DNA from: a virus
Lineage: Duplodnaviria; Caudoviricetes
Reading direction: 5' to 3' (one strand)
Length of the DNA: 61,424 bases
IMG/VR virus record: IMGVR_UViG_3300028840_003815
Span: 1 to 61,424 of that record
The position numbers and the translations under genes are program-made. Numbering within the stretch: the first letter of the stretch is position 1; every line of letters starts with the position of its first letter. The notes beneath the pieces were generated by a model. It had not been told where the DNA came from. It saw nothing but the letters and a program-made list of their open reading frames with translations, and did no database searches. This document shows, piece by piece, positions 10,057 to 17,862 of this stretch.

Positions 10057-10135
10057 TTATACCTCCTGTTCCATTTTTCTCCGATGTCATTTTAAGCGCC
10101 GTCAAACGCATCATGTGAACAATTTAATCCCATGA

Positions 10136-10330
10136 TTATTCCTTTACAGCTTCAAAATCAGGACATTTAGCTGCGGCCTGAACGATTGTTCTGTATTCTC
10201 TTTCATCACAATCATTAGTAATTCCCCAATGGGTTTTAACGCAGCCTTCATCATAAAAGCCACTGTCGTTATCATCACAAATGCCAGAATAAAAAAACCA
10301 GTGTTTGCAAAATATACAAATCTTTCCCAT
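10136..10330 (-). CDS. small Cys-rich hypothetical protein
   Basis: GAGG RBS; CIFCKH..C. Confidence 0.65.
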   Translation of the reverse strand: MGKICIFCKHWFFYSGICDDNDSGFYDEGCVKTHWGITNDCDEREYRTIVQAAAKCPDFEAVKE

Positions 10331-10343
10331 AATTACCTCGCTT

Positions 10344-10368
10344 TCTGCCGGGCGTGAACCCGGCAGAA
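10344..10368. terminator. GCCGGG/CCCGGC hairpin
   Basis: tctgccgggcgtgaacccggcaga inverted repeat between genes. Confidence 0.55.
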
Positions 10369-10372
10369 TTGA

Positions 10373-10567
10373 TTATTCGGTTGGGGTTACAAATCTTAAT
10401 CGACTTGGGTCGATTTCTTCCACATCGCCATTTTGACGCTCAATAGCAGCTACAAGCGAATACCCGTCTCCATTTGAATCTACACCGATAATAAGCACGT
10501 TTACAATCCCCAAAGGTTCCCCAATTTTTCTGAAATCTTTGTATAAATAAGCTTTTCTGTTAATCAT
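10373..10567 (-). CDS. hypothetical protein
   Basis: AAGGAG RBS. Confidence 0.7.
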   Translation of the reverse strand: MINRKAYLYKDFRKIGEPLGIVNVLIIGVDSNGDGYSLVAAIERQNGDVEEIDPSRLRFVTPTE

Positions 10568-10587
10568 GTTTTTCTCCTTGTAATTGA

Positions 10588-10929
10588 TTAATATTCTGGA
10601 ATCCAGAATAACTCTACCCTTAAACTTTTTAACTCAACTTTACACTTGAGATTGAGTCTTAAAGCTGGACATTTTCTTTTAGCCGGAACTGTACAATCTT
10701 TTGCTAAATACTGCAAATCCTCTATTAATTGTTTACCTTTTTTTAAATTTGAAATACTGTAAACATAGCTATCCGGCTGTTCAAAGCGGATTTCAACTCC
10801 GCCGTTAATATAAGTTCTGTTATCTTCTTTATAGAAGCCTTTCTTAGCTGCCTTGATTCCGTCCGCCAGCCATTCTTTTTCCAGTTTAAGAAAAAGATAC
10901 TTATCTTTATTTGAGAATGTTTTTACCAT
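10588..10929 (-). CDS. hypothetical early protein
   Basis: ATG 10929 follows the conserved CATTAACCAATTC leader. Confidence 0.7.
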   Translation of the reverse strand: MVKTFSNKDKYLFLKLEKEWLADGIKAAKKGFYKEDNRTYINGGVEIRFEQPDSYVYSISNLKKGKQLIEDLQYLAKDCTVPAKRKCPALRLNLKCKVELKSLRVELFWIPEY

Positions 10930-10945
10930 TTGATTTTCTCTCTTT

Positions 10946-11035
10946 GAATTGGTTAATGTTGATTTCTTTTTACAGAATTTATATTTGATTGTCAAGAAAA
11001 TAATTATAAATTTATAATTTATTTTTTTCTTGACA
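10946..11035. promoter_or_regulatory. back-to-back sigma70-type promoters on an AT-rich palindrome (early promoter copy 1 of 7)
   Basis: tgtcaagaaaataattataaatttataatttatttttttcttgaca has TTGACA on both strands; conserved leader at 10946-10958. Confidence 0.75.
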
Positions 11036-11084
11036 TGGAATAGATATATATTCTATATTCAATAAATAGAAAGGAGGCAGCAAC

Positions 11085-11282
11085 ATGACAGCAGGAACAA
11101 TTAGAGAACTTGCGGAAGCCACTGGAAGATTCCCCGCATGGCTGTATAAAATCATGCCTGAGCTACTTGAGGCAGGCATAGTTGAAGAAAAAGGAATACG
11201 CACAAAATATATTCCTGATATGGAACAGGCTATTGATTATATTAATAGCAGAAAAGAAACGAGGGGAAGGCCGAAACAATGA
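11085..11282 (+). CDS. small HTH DNA-binding protein
   Basis: TIRELAEATG helix-turn-helix start; C-terminal RGRPK; GGAGG RBS. Confidence 0.7.
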   Translation: MTAGTIRELAEATGRFPAWLYKIMPELLEAGIVEEKGIRTKYIPDMEQAIDYINSRKETRGRPKQ

Positions 11283-11443
11283 GAAAAACTTATATAGTAA
11301 CATATAAGATAATAGTGAAAGCAGAGAATGAGGCCGAAGCGGTCTATTTCGCTGGAATTAATCCAATTCATAATGATGTTAAAGATTTAATCATTGAGAA
11401 AAAACTTGATGTAAAAGTATACATTAAAGATACATCAACATAA
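11279..11443 (+). CDS. 54-aa protein, VxAENExEA family (not in ORF track)
   Basis: MRKTYIVTYKIIVKAENEAEAVYFAGIN, paralog of the next gene. Confidence 0.7.
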   Translation: MRKTYIVTYKIIVKAENEAEAVYFAGINPIHNDVKDLIIEKKLDVKVYIKDTST

Positions 11444-11459
11444 GAGAAGGGGCAAAATA

Positions 11460-11645
11460 ATGAGTAAAGTTTACAAAGTAGTATACGCAGCCTTTGTAAA
11501 GGCAGAGAATGAAGCTGACGCATTAATTTTCACTGGAATTAATCAACAAAAAACTGGGTCTATTATAAAGGATGTTATTGAGATTAAAGAAGTTAATCTT
11601 GAGGAGGAGTTGAAAAATGCCCAAAAGCAAATTATACAAAGTTGA
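11460..11645 (+). CDS. small protein, VxAENExEA family
   Basis: VYKVVYAAFVKAENEADALIFTGIN. Confidence 0.7.
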   Translation: MSKVYKVVYAAFVKAENEADALIFTGINQQKTGSIIKDVIEIKEVNLEEELKNAQKQIIQS

Positions 11646-11847
11646 AACTTTCACCCTTGTCCAAGCCGCATCTGAACAGGAAGCCAGGATAACTGCTGGC
11701 ATTACAAATGATTATAATGTCGATGAGAGCAAGGTGGTTGAAATCACAAATATTAAGGACATTCCAGGGACATGGAGCATTACAGATATTCCTTATCATA
11801 TGCCTGATGATAAAGATATGACAATATCAGATATTTTAAAGAGCTAA
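11617..11847 (+). CDS. small protein, related family
   Basis: LYKVETFTLVQAASEQEARITAG; GAGGAG RBS. Confidence 0.7.
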   Translation: MPKSKLYKVETFTLVQAASEQEARITAGITNDYNVDESKVVEITNIKDIPGTWSITDIPYHMPDDKDMTISDILKS

Positions 11848-11854
11848 ATAAATA

Positions 11855-11880
11855 GCCGGGTATTATTACCCGGCCTTTTT
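11855..11880 (+). terminator. intrinsic terminator between convergent genes
   Basis: gccgggta-ttat-tacccggc followed by a T run. Confidence 0.8.
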
Positions 11881-12566
11881 TATTTGTTACAAATGCAATC
11901 TTTATTAATAGCAAAAACCAAAACTCCATCCTTGAATTTTTTCTTTACTTTTACTATCTTAAATTTATATCCGTTTATATCTCTTATATTTTCTGTTACT
12001 ATTTCAATTTTGCCATTTTCTATAATTTCTATATCTGATTTGTGATAAGTATCCTTTTTTTCCCAGGGGACTGACAAAACATCTTTTCCGATTATTTCCT
12101 GTGGCTCATAGCCAAGCAAGCCCGCAAAAGCCCTGTTTACAACTTTATATACACCATTTTTATCTTTTACAGCAAGGTAACAAGGTATTGAATCAATTAA
12201 GGATAGCATATAATGCTGCTGCTGATACAATTCATCTGTTAATTGTTCTCGTTGTGCTGTTTCAATTGCTAATATTTTAAGTATTTTACACATTTCTGCG
12301 TAATGATTCTCTAAATTTTTAGAGGCTTTTTCTACATCTGGAGCGATGGAAATTTTTTCTACTTGATAAAGATATTTACCTAAAAAAATAAAAACAATAA
12401 CACTTGATACAAGTAGAAATAATGATATGAAGATATGTCTATCAGGGAAAAAATGTTCCCAAACAACTATAAAACCGGATGACAACATAAAGTAATTTAT
12501 AAGAAAAAAAATACTTTTCCTTATCTTTTTGGGTATTCTATAAAATGATAATAAAATTTTTTTCAT
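11880..12566 (-). CDS. membrane protein with two TM helices, a coiled coil and a PAS domain
   Basis: LIDSIPCYLAVKDKNGVYKVVNRAFAGLLGY..QEIIGK is a PAS_4-type signature; no kinase or output domain. Confidence 0.85.
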   Translation of the reverse strand: MKKILLSFYRIPKKIRKSIFFLINYFMLSSGFIVVWEHFFPDRHIFISLFLLVSSVIVFIFLGKYLYQVEKISIAPDVEKASKNLENHYAEMCKILKILAIETAQREQLTDELYQQQHYMLSLIDSIPCYLAVKDKNGVYKVVNRAFAGLLGYEPQEIIGKDVLSVPWEKKDTYHKSDIEIIENGKIEIVTENIRDINGYKFKIVKVKKKFKDGVLVFAINKDCICNK

Positions 12567-12817
12567 TTTTTAAAATTACCCCCACTTAAAAGATATATCA
12601 CTCCTGCCGCGATGCCAGTCCACAGGATTTTAAATAACAAATCTAACCCAGGCCGGGTAGCAGCATTACTTAACTCAAGAACTTTTATTCTTGCTTTTAA
12701 ATCTTTTATTTCTTCATTGCAAGATTCTTCATGTTTGGAAAATAATTCTCTTATATGTTTTTGTTCTTTACTACTTAATTCAAGCAGTAAAGCTATTTGC
12801 TTTTCAATTTCCTGCAT
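12563..12817 (-). CDS. coiled-coil protein with C-terminal TM helix (holin/XhlA-like)
   Basis: IKDLKARIKVLE coiled coil followed by ILWTGIAAGVIYLL. Confidence 0.55.
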   Translation of the reverse strand: MQEIEKQIALLLELSSKEQKHIRELFSKHEESCNEEIKDLKARIKVLELSNAATRPGLDLLFKILWTGIAAGVIYLLSGGNFKK

Positions 12818-13230
12818 GTTTTCCAGTTCCGCTTAATTTCTGAAATTAATAGCGTATCTCTGACACTTCCCCAATAAAAAAACCATTCTCCGCACTTTTT
12901 TAATGGCTTCAAATATGGGTCAATCTTTTTTTTATCATCTCTTTTTTTCCCTAACTGCCAGTCATTTTTCATTCTGTTTATTACTGCAAACTCGTGGCGT
13001 TCATCAGCCGTGAATGGAGCCAAATCTGTATTTATTACATGCTGAAACCAAGTCAAATGCTCCCATTGAAGTTCCGGTGCTAATTTTTCCCATACAGGCC
13101 ATTCAAAACTATTAAGCTGATATATATCATTTTTTAGCTCGTAATTTAGAGTCCTTGTCTTTTCCCATATATTTGCGACAATAGCTATCAAAATTATCCT
13201 CTCTTTCCAAGTGCCTGAACAGGCACTCAC
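12793..13230 (-). CDS. RyR-domain-like protein
   Basis: HE.....R....WQLG..RDD.KK.DP.L.P matches the RyR repeat pattern. Confidence 0.6.
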   Translation of the reverse strand: MSACSGTWKERIILIAIVANIWEKTRTLNYELKNDIYQLNSFEWPVWEKLAPELQWEHLTWFQHVINTDLAPFTADERHEFAVINRMKNDWQLGKKRDDKKKIDPYLKPLKKCGEWFFYWGSVRDTLLISEIKRNWKTCRKLKSK

Positions 13231-13426
13231 TTGTGCCTTGATAAAAATACAAGTACCCCATTATAATGTAGTTTAAAAGCTTGCTCATGTCTGTAATGCC
13301 TAATGACTTTTGACATTTTTTAAGCAATTCTTTTACTGTCGGCGTAACATGCAATACAAGCCGTTCAGATTTATTTTCGTGTATAGCTTTTTCGGAGTAG
13401 TAAGTAGGCCGTTTTTTTATAGGCAT
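13127..13426 (-). CDS. ribbon-helix-helix-like regulator
   Basis: SERLVLHVTPTVKELL...LGITDMSKLLNYII beta-alpha-alpha pattern. Confidence 0.5.
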   Translation of the reverse strand: MPIKKRPTYYSEKAIHENKSERLVLHVTPTVKELLKKCQKSLGITDMSKLLNYIIMGYLYFYQGTSECLFRHLEREDNFDSYCRKYMGKDKDSKLRAKK

Positions 13427-13518
13427 TTAGATAATACACTTTTTTAAGATTAATTTATATGTGTCGTTTCAATAATATTAACATATAAAAAACATAATGG
13501 CAATAGGAGATTTTAACA

Positions 13519-14133
13519 ATGGAAACCACAAATAATGAGGAGAAAAAAATGACTGATTCAGGATTTAGCACAAACGATGCAGTACTCTGGGGAGCTATGA
13601 ATAACATGGGGCGTGGCGGATATGGCGGTACTTGGGGAGGCGGCGGATATGGCGGACATGCCCCTTTTGCCAGCCCCGGAAGCAATGCTGTACGGGTCAA
13701 TCGCAATGCGGAAATTGCAAAACTCGGTATTGACAGGATTTCTGACCAAAATGAAGAAACCCGCCGGAATCTTGGCGAAGCTCGTGTAATGGACAATATT
13801 ACAGGAGGCCATAATCGGATTTGCGAAAATCTGAACAACCAGGCTATTGCAAATCGTGATCTTATTTTTCAGCAGGAGCTTCGTACATCTGACAGAATGG
13901 CTGCTATTACTGCTCAAATGAATGATTTCCGTGCTGAGGCTGCAAAATGCTGTTGCGATACAAAGCTTGAAATTTGTAACGTAAAAGCGGAACTGGCAGC
14001 AGAGATCAAAGCTGTTGAGAGCCGGGGTATTGAACGTGATCTGAACCGTGCAGAAAGAGAGCTTCAGACTCAAAAGATTCTGACAACCTGCGGCTGTGGA
14101 TGTGGTGGCGGAGTGCGACCCTGTCCTTCCTGA
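13519..14133 (+). CDS. Gly-rich / coiled-coil / CCC protein with Cys-Gly tail
   Basis: AGGAG RBS; GGYGG N-terminus, AKCCCDTK, TCGCGCG C-terminus. Confidence 0.85.
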   Translation: METTNNEEKKMTDSGFSTNDAVLWGAMNNMGRGGYGGTWGGGGYGGHAPFASPGSNAVRVNRNAEIAKLGIDRISDQNEETRRNLGEARVMDNITGGHNRICENLNNQAIANRDLIFQQELRTSDRMAAITAQMNDFRAEAAKCCCDTKLEICNVKAELAAEIKAVESRGIERDLNRAERELQTQKILTTCGCGCGGGVRPCPS

Positions 14134-14163
14134 AATGGAGGCAACGGCGGGCTGAAAGTAACA

Positions 14164-14403
14164 ATGTGTCATCGACCTGGAACACCGGCAGAGCAGACAA
14201 TTGAAGTCCCTCTCTCTGCTGTTCCAGCACACTTGGCACATGGCGATCATTTCGGGCCATGTAAACCGCCTAAAGCAGAAGCACCAGCACCAGCACCAGC
14301 CGTTGAACCGGTAACGCCGGAAAATGAAGCACCGACACCGGAATCTATACCAGAACCAGAGATAGCACCTACACCTACACCGGAACCTGAGACAATTATT
14401 TAA
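14164..14403 (+). CDS. KVTxCH...AHLxHGD..G.C domain plus Pro/Glu-rich tail; possibly a read-through extension of the upstream gene
   Basis: In frame with 13519..14133; KVT motif residues are encoded upstream of the ATG. Confidence 0.75.
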   Translation: MCHRPGTPAEQTIEVPLSAVPAHLAHGDHFGPCKPPKAEAPAPAPAVEPVTPENEAPTPESIPEPEIAPTPTPEPETII

Positions 14404-14409
14404 GACAAT

Positions 14410-14443
14410 AAGAAAAGCCGGGAATTATTACCCGGCTTTTCTT
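14410..14443. terminator. bidirectional intrinsic terminator
   Basis: aagaaaagccggg-aattatta-cccggcttttctt between convergent genes. Confidence 0.85.
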
Positions 14444-14459
14444 TAGCTCTTTGATATTA

Positions 14460-14795
14460 TTATAAAAAATCTTTTCTCTTTAACTCTTCTTTAAACTCTG
14501 TAAAAGCTTCAATTTTTATCAAATTTACAGCATTTGTCAACTGGCAAGTTGAATACCTGGCTGGAAGCCTCAATGCTTCCATTGTTTTTGATTCAAGCCA
14601 AGCAATCAACTCATCTTTGTTTTCCAGAGCCTCGGCTTCTTTCCAGAGCTTAACTCTTTCCTCGAATTTTAAGATAAATTGGCAATTTCTGATTGCCAAT
14701 GAAATGTTTATTCTTGAATCTTCAAGAAAGTTTTTCTTATATTCATGGAAAAGTTTCTCCGCTTTTTCTCTCTCTTTGATGATTTCTTTTTGCAT
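14460..14795 (-). CDS. hypothetical protein (likely start 14795, MQKEIIK)
   Basis: AAGGAG RBS after the conserved hairpin. Confidence 0.7.
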   Translation of the reverse strand: MQKEIIKEREKAEKLFHEYKKNFLEDSRINISLAIRNCQFILKFEERVKLWKEAEALENKDELIAWLESKTMEALRLPARYSTCQLTNAVNLIKIEAFTEFKEELKRKDFL

Positions 14796-14816
14796 GTGTT
14801 TTTCTCCTTGTTGTTT

Positions 14817-14838
14817 AAGCCCGACCGGAGCCGGGCTT
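14817..14838 (-). repeat. conserved pre-RBS hairpin AAGCCCGACCGGAGCCGGGCTT (also 16269-16288, 19090-19111, 19420-19441, 19897-19918; variant 18478-18498)
   Basis: Near-identical 22-nt hairpin between minus-strand genes, just 5' of an RBS. Confidence 0.9.
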
Positions 14839-14847
14839 GGTGATGGA

Positions 14848-15117
14848 TTACTGATTAAAGGATGGAAATGCAGCCTTAAATTGCTTCTCAATATCTTCGT
14901 CAAACTTAATTTCAACGGGGGATACTTCTTGTGATGGCTCCCAAGTATCATAATATCCCTCGTACCAGTCTGCCCCGCACTTAGGACAGGTACACCATTT
15001 TTCCCCTTGATACTCGCCATTGCTTTTGCAACACGTCCAGCAAAAAACATGCCCGCATGTACACTTTTTTTCAGCGTACTCATGATTGTAATTATTTGTA
15101 CAATTTTCTGTATTCAT
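14848..15117 (-). CDS. Cys-rich Zn-binding protein
   Basis: CTCGHVFCWTCC..CPKCG; follows an early promoter cassette. Confidence 0.7.
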   Translation of the reverse strand: MNTENCTNNYNHEYAEKKCTCGHVFCWTCCKSNGEYQGEKWCTCPKCGADWYEGYYDTWEPSQEVSPVEIKFDEDIEKQFKAAFPSFNQ

Positions 15118-15132
15118 GTTTTTTCTCCTATT

Positions 15133-15182
15133 GAATTGGTTAATGATGAATCCTTTTTATAGGAACTTTGAATCATTGTCAA
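15133..15182 (-). promoter_or_regulatory. early promoter cassette copy 2
   Basis: TTGACA, TATAAA, CATTAACCAATTC leader and AGGAG on the minus strand. Confidence 0.8.
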
Positions 15183-15242
15183 TAACTTTTTTCAAAAAAA
15201 TACAAAAAAATCATAAATAACTAAAATATAAAGGATATTTTT

Positions 15243-15533
15243 ATGACAGATGAATCAAAATGCACTTGTAATGATGAATTTATAACAACTCCATGTCCTA
15301 TCCATTCAGAAGAAAAATTAGGATATGGCAATAAGGATATTATCATTTCTGATGAACATTTAAAGATAAATCGCTTAGATACGTTTGTGGGATATAAATT
15401 TTTTTGTCCTGTATGCGGAATGGACTCTATTATGGAGTTTTTTAATTATTGCCCTAATTGCGGAAGTCATGTTATTGTGCGTTCTAAAATAGTAACTGAG
15501 GCCATTCGTAAATCTCAAAAAGGAGTTGAATAA
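15243..15533 (+). CDS. Zn-ribbon protein
   Basis: CTC..CPIH, CPVCG..YCPNCG. Confidence 0.7.
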   Translation: MTDESKCTCNDEFITTPCPIHSEEKLGYGNKDIIISDEHLKINRLDTFVGYKFFCPVCGMDSIMEFFNYCPNCGSHVIVRSKIVTEAIRKSQKGVE

Positions 15534-16015
15534 TGAAAGATTCCACATTTAAAACATACAATAATGTATACAATCAGATGTTTAAGACAAAGCAGCAATA
15601 CTTGGCGCTGGCTCTGGCCTTTGATGCTGAATATTTACACGGATTCCATGATTTTGCTATGAATGAGAGTCGGGAGCGCTGGGATTATTCAGAAATGATA
15701 AGAGAACATGTTGCATTGTTCAGGCGTAAAATCCATATAACTGATTTGCCGGCCCCTGTTCAGGATTTCCCGGAAATGTCGCCGAAACAAGTTTTGGAGA
15801 TCGGATTAAAATATGATAATGCAGTCTTGAGCGCTATCAACACAGCGATTGAAGCTGTCGAAACTGGGGAAATTACATTTATGACAAAGTTGCGGGATAT
15901 TATGCAGTATCAAGTCAATGAAGTTCATGATTGTATTGCAAAGCTTGGTTTTCAGGGAGGGGATTTGTATACAGTCGATGAGGCATTAATAACCAAGTTT
16001 GGCGGATATGATTAG
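15533..16015 (+). CDS. ferritin-like four-helix-bundle protein
   Basis: NQ....YL.L...F...L.GF..F...S.E......I..L.AP......E..L......IN....QVNE follows ferritin helix spacing. Confidence 0.7.
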   Translation: MKDSTFKTYNNVYNQMFKTKQQYLALALAFDAEYLHGFHDFAMNESRERWDYSEMIREHVALFRRKIHITDLPAPVQDFPEMSPKQVLEIGLKYDNAVLSAINTAIEAVETGEITFMTKLRDIMQYQVNEVHDCIAKLGFQGGDLYTVDEALITKFGGYD

Positions 16016-16020
16016 AACAA

Positions 16021-16053
16021 AAAGTAAGGCCGGGCGTATTCCCGGCCTTACTT
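16021..16053. terminator. bidirectional terminator
   Basis: aaagtaaggccggg-cgtatt-cccggccttactt. Confidence 0.8.
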
Positions 16054-16248
16054 TCATAGTTTCCAGGTTGGGTTATCCTTTAAAATCAAGTCCAATATAT
16101 ATTTAGAAATATTAGGCTTATTTTTTTTTAATCTTTCTTTTATCCTTTTCGGCAGGCTAATCTGTTGCTGAGTTCTTTTTAAATGTGTGGGCTTTGTCTG
16201 TACTCCGGCCTTGCGGCCTGCCCCTTTACGCTTACCGCCACGAGCCAT
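16054..16248 (-). CDS. small DNA-binding protein (GGKRKGAGRK plus RHH-like)
   Basis: Basic N-terminal motif; ISLP...L....NISKYI. Confidence 0.7.
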   Translation of the reverse strand: MARGGKRKGAGRKAGVQTKPTHLKRTQQQISLPKRIKERLKKNKPNISKYILDLILKDNPTWKL

Positions 16249-16307
16249 GATTTTCTCCTTTTTGTTTTAGCCCGACCGGAGCCGGGCTTAGTGATGAAAC
16301 ATTGATT

Positions 16308-16751
16308 TTACAGAATTATCTTTTTAATTCCAAGATATGATAAATCGTTATTGACAGTTATGCCGGTTTTTTCGTTCCGACATTTGAAAAAATCTGGTTT
16401 TTTTTCAGCTTTTTCATAAAAAATTTTTGCTGACTGCTTCCCAATGAGTTTTTGGGAATAATCTACATCTTCGACCATTTTTGTGCTACCTATTAAGGCA
16501 GCGCTTTTATCTCTTACTTTATAGCTTTTCCGATATCCTGGAAAAAATGATAGATGTTTATCGCATTTATCTGTAACAGGCATAGATATTTTTTCTGTAT
16601 ATATCTTCCCGCAAAAAGAGCAGCTATCGAATTTATTCGCTTCTCTTGTTTCAAGATATTCAAGCCCTGAGATATTCGAATCGATATTACAGTTTTCACA
16701 TGCGAAGGTGGCTCCGAACCACCCTTTTTTATAAATATTTATTTTAGCCAT
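16308..16751 (-). CDS. hypothetical early protein with CxxC pairs
   Basis: Follows promoter cassette 3. Confidence 0.7.
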   Translation of the reverse strand: MAKINIYKKGWFGATFACENCNIDSNISGLEYLETREANKFDSCSFCGKIYTEKISMPVTDKCDKHLSFFPGYRKSYKVRDKSAALIGSTKMVEDVDYSQKLIGKQSAKIFYEKAEKKPDFFKCRNEKTGITVNNDLSYLGIKKIIL

Positions 16752-16765
16752 TTTTTTCTCCTATT

Positions 16766-16815
16766 GAATTGGTTAATGATGAATCCTTTTTATAGGAACT
16801 TTGAAACATTGTCAA
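16766..16815 (-). promoter_or_regulatory. early promoter cassette copy 3 (near-identical to copy 2)
   Basis: TTGACA..TATAAA..CATTAACCAATTC. Confidence 0.8.
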
Positions 16816-16836
16816 CAGCTTTTTTCAAGAAAAATA

Positions 16837-16872
16837 CAAAAAAGCCTATTATTTTTATAACAGGCTTTTTTT
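16837..16872. terminator. terminator, duplicated at 23005-23040
   Basis: aaaaaagcctatta..taacaggctttttt. Confidence 0.75.
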
Positions 16873-16896
16873 ATTACTTAATCAGTATCTTTTTTT

Positions 16897-17094
16897 TTAG
16901 GCTCCACCTTCAACTGAAAAAGCAATTTTAGAAATTGGAAATATATTTAAAGGCCCCCAGTCAATTTCTTCAATGGTATCCCCTAATTTTTCAGCAACCA
17001 GTTTCATTGCTTCATTTTTATTCTCAGCGATTGCAAATGCTAATCCTGAACTACAATCAGGGCTATACTCATCCCATACAAATAATTTAAGCAT
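16897..17094 (-). CDS. small hypothetical protein (AIAENKNEA motif)
   Basis: ORF; RBS. Confidence 0.65.
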   Translation of the reverse strand: MLKLFVWDEYSPDCSSGLAFAIAENKNEAMKLVAEKLGDTIEEIDWGPLNIFPISKIAFSVEGGA

Positions 17095-17095
17095 A

Positions 17096-17332
17096 TCATT
17101 TTGTCTCCTGTTCTGTCCGGCTATCGAATAAAATCACTGGCGCAAAAGGATCGTTAATTTTTTTGTATTCTGCTAATAACTTTTTTAATTCAGGAAAAGA
17201 TTCAATACAAAATGGTAACGCTCTGCTTTCACCAAAACCTAAATTTTCTATACATGTAACAATTTCATCAAGCAATTTGCTTTTATCTTCAAGCTTTTTG
17301 ATTATTTCATCTGTTATTAATTCATGAACCAT
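17096..17332 (-). CDS. hypothetical protein
   Basis: ORF in operon. Confidence 0.6.
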   Translation of the reverse strand: MVHELITDEIIKKLEDKSKLLDEIVTCIENLGFGESRALPFCIESFPELKKLLAEYKKINDPFAPVILFDSRTEQETK

Positions 17333-17386
17333 TTTCCAAAACCTGTTTTCTTTCCGGCTATCGATGCAATAGCCAGAATTTATTAA

Positions 17387-17611
17387 TTAATAGATAAATC
17401 GAGAAAGAAACCATCCCTTTTTAGTATGGGGATTCTTTCTATTTGTTCCAAGCCTGTGTCCGACATGCCACTTCCCACAAAAATTGCAATGATAAACAGT
17501 GAGATTATCATTGCATCTCATGTTCATGAGAGCTTTTTTTGCAGCATAAAATGTGTCATGCTTTACTTTATTGCTGCATGTTTTCCGCCTCAACAGCCTT
17601 TTACTTGTCAT
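17387..17611 (-). CDS. basic Zn-finger protein
   Basis: C..KVKH.T...A...VYHCNFCGKWHVG. Confidence 0.7.
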   Translation of the reverse strand: MTSKRLLRRKTCSNKVKHDTFYAAKKALMNMRCNDNLTVYHCNFCGKWHVGHRLGTNRKNPHTKKGWFLSRFIY

Positions 17612-17862
17612 TTTGATTCTCCCTTACTGTACCGGCTTGAGATTTCCCATGCTGAGAATAAATCAAGCTGTTTTTGAGGATTAAACTTAACAGCGCTCAA
17701 ATGAGTGTGAATCGTTTCTAAGTCTTTTTGCATAGCTTCAATAATCTCTTGTTGTTCTTTGACCTTGTAGACGATTTCACGGGCTTTAAAGCCTATCCTT
17801 TGCTGATATAAATGGGACTCACAGCCTGAGAAAAACTCTTTTCTTTTGGGCAGACTTATCAT
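17608..17862 (-). CDS. hypothetical protein
   Basis: Overlapping start/stop coupling. Confidence 0.65.
   Translation of the reverse strand: MISLPKRKEFFSGCESHLYQQRIGFKAREIVYKVKEQQEIIEAMQKDLETIHTHLSAVKFNPQKQLDLFSAWEISSRYSKGESK

Noticed and set aside
13455-14260. Long minus-strand ORFs (13558..14250, 13455..13838, 14006..14260)
   Set aside because: Antisense shadows of the + strand gene, which has the RBS, recognisable motifs and a terminator.
14795-15083. N-terminal extension of ORF 14460..15083 (similar over-extensions at 28640, 33275, 36107, 37343, 39572)
   Set aside because: Overlaps other genes or regulatory repeats; downstream ATGs have clear RBSs.
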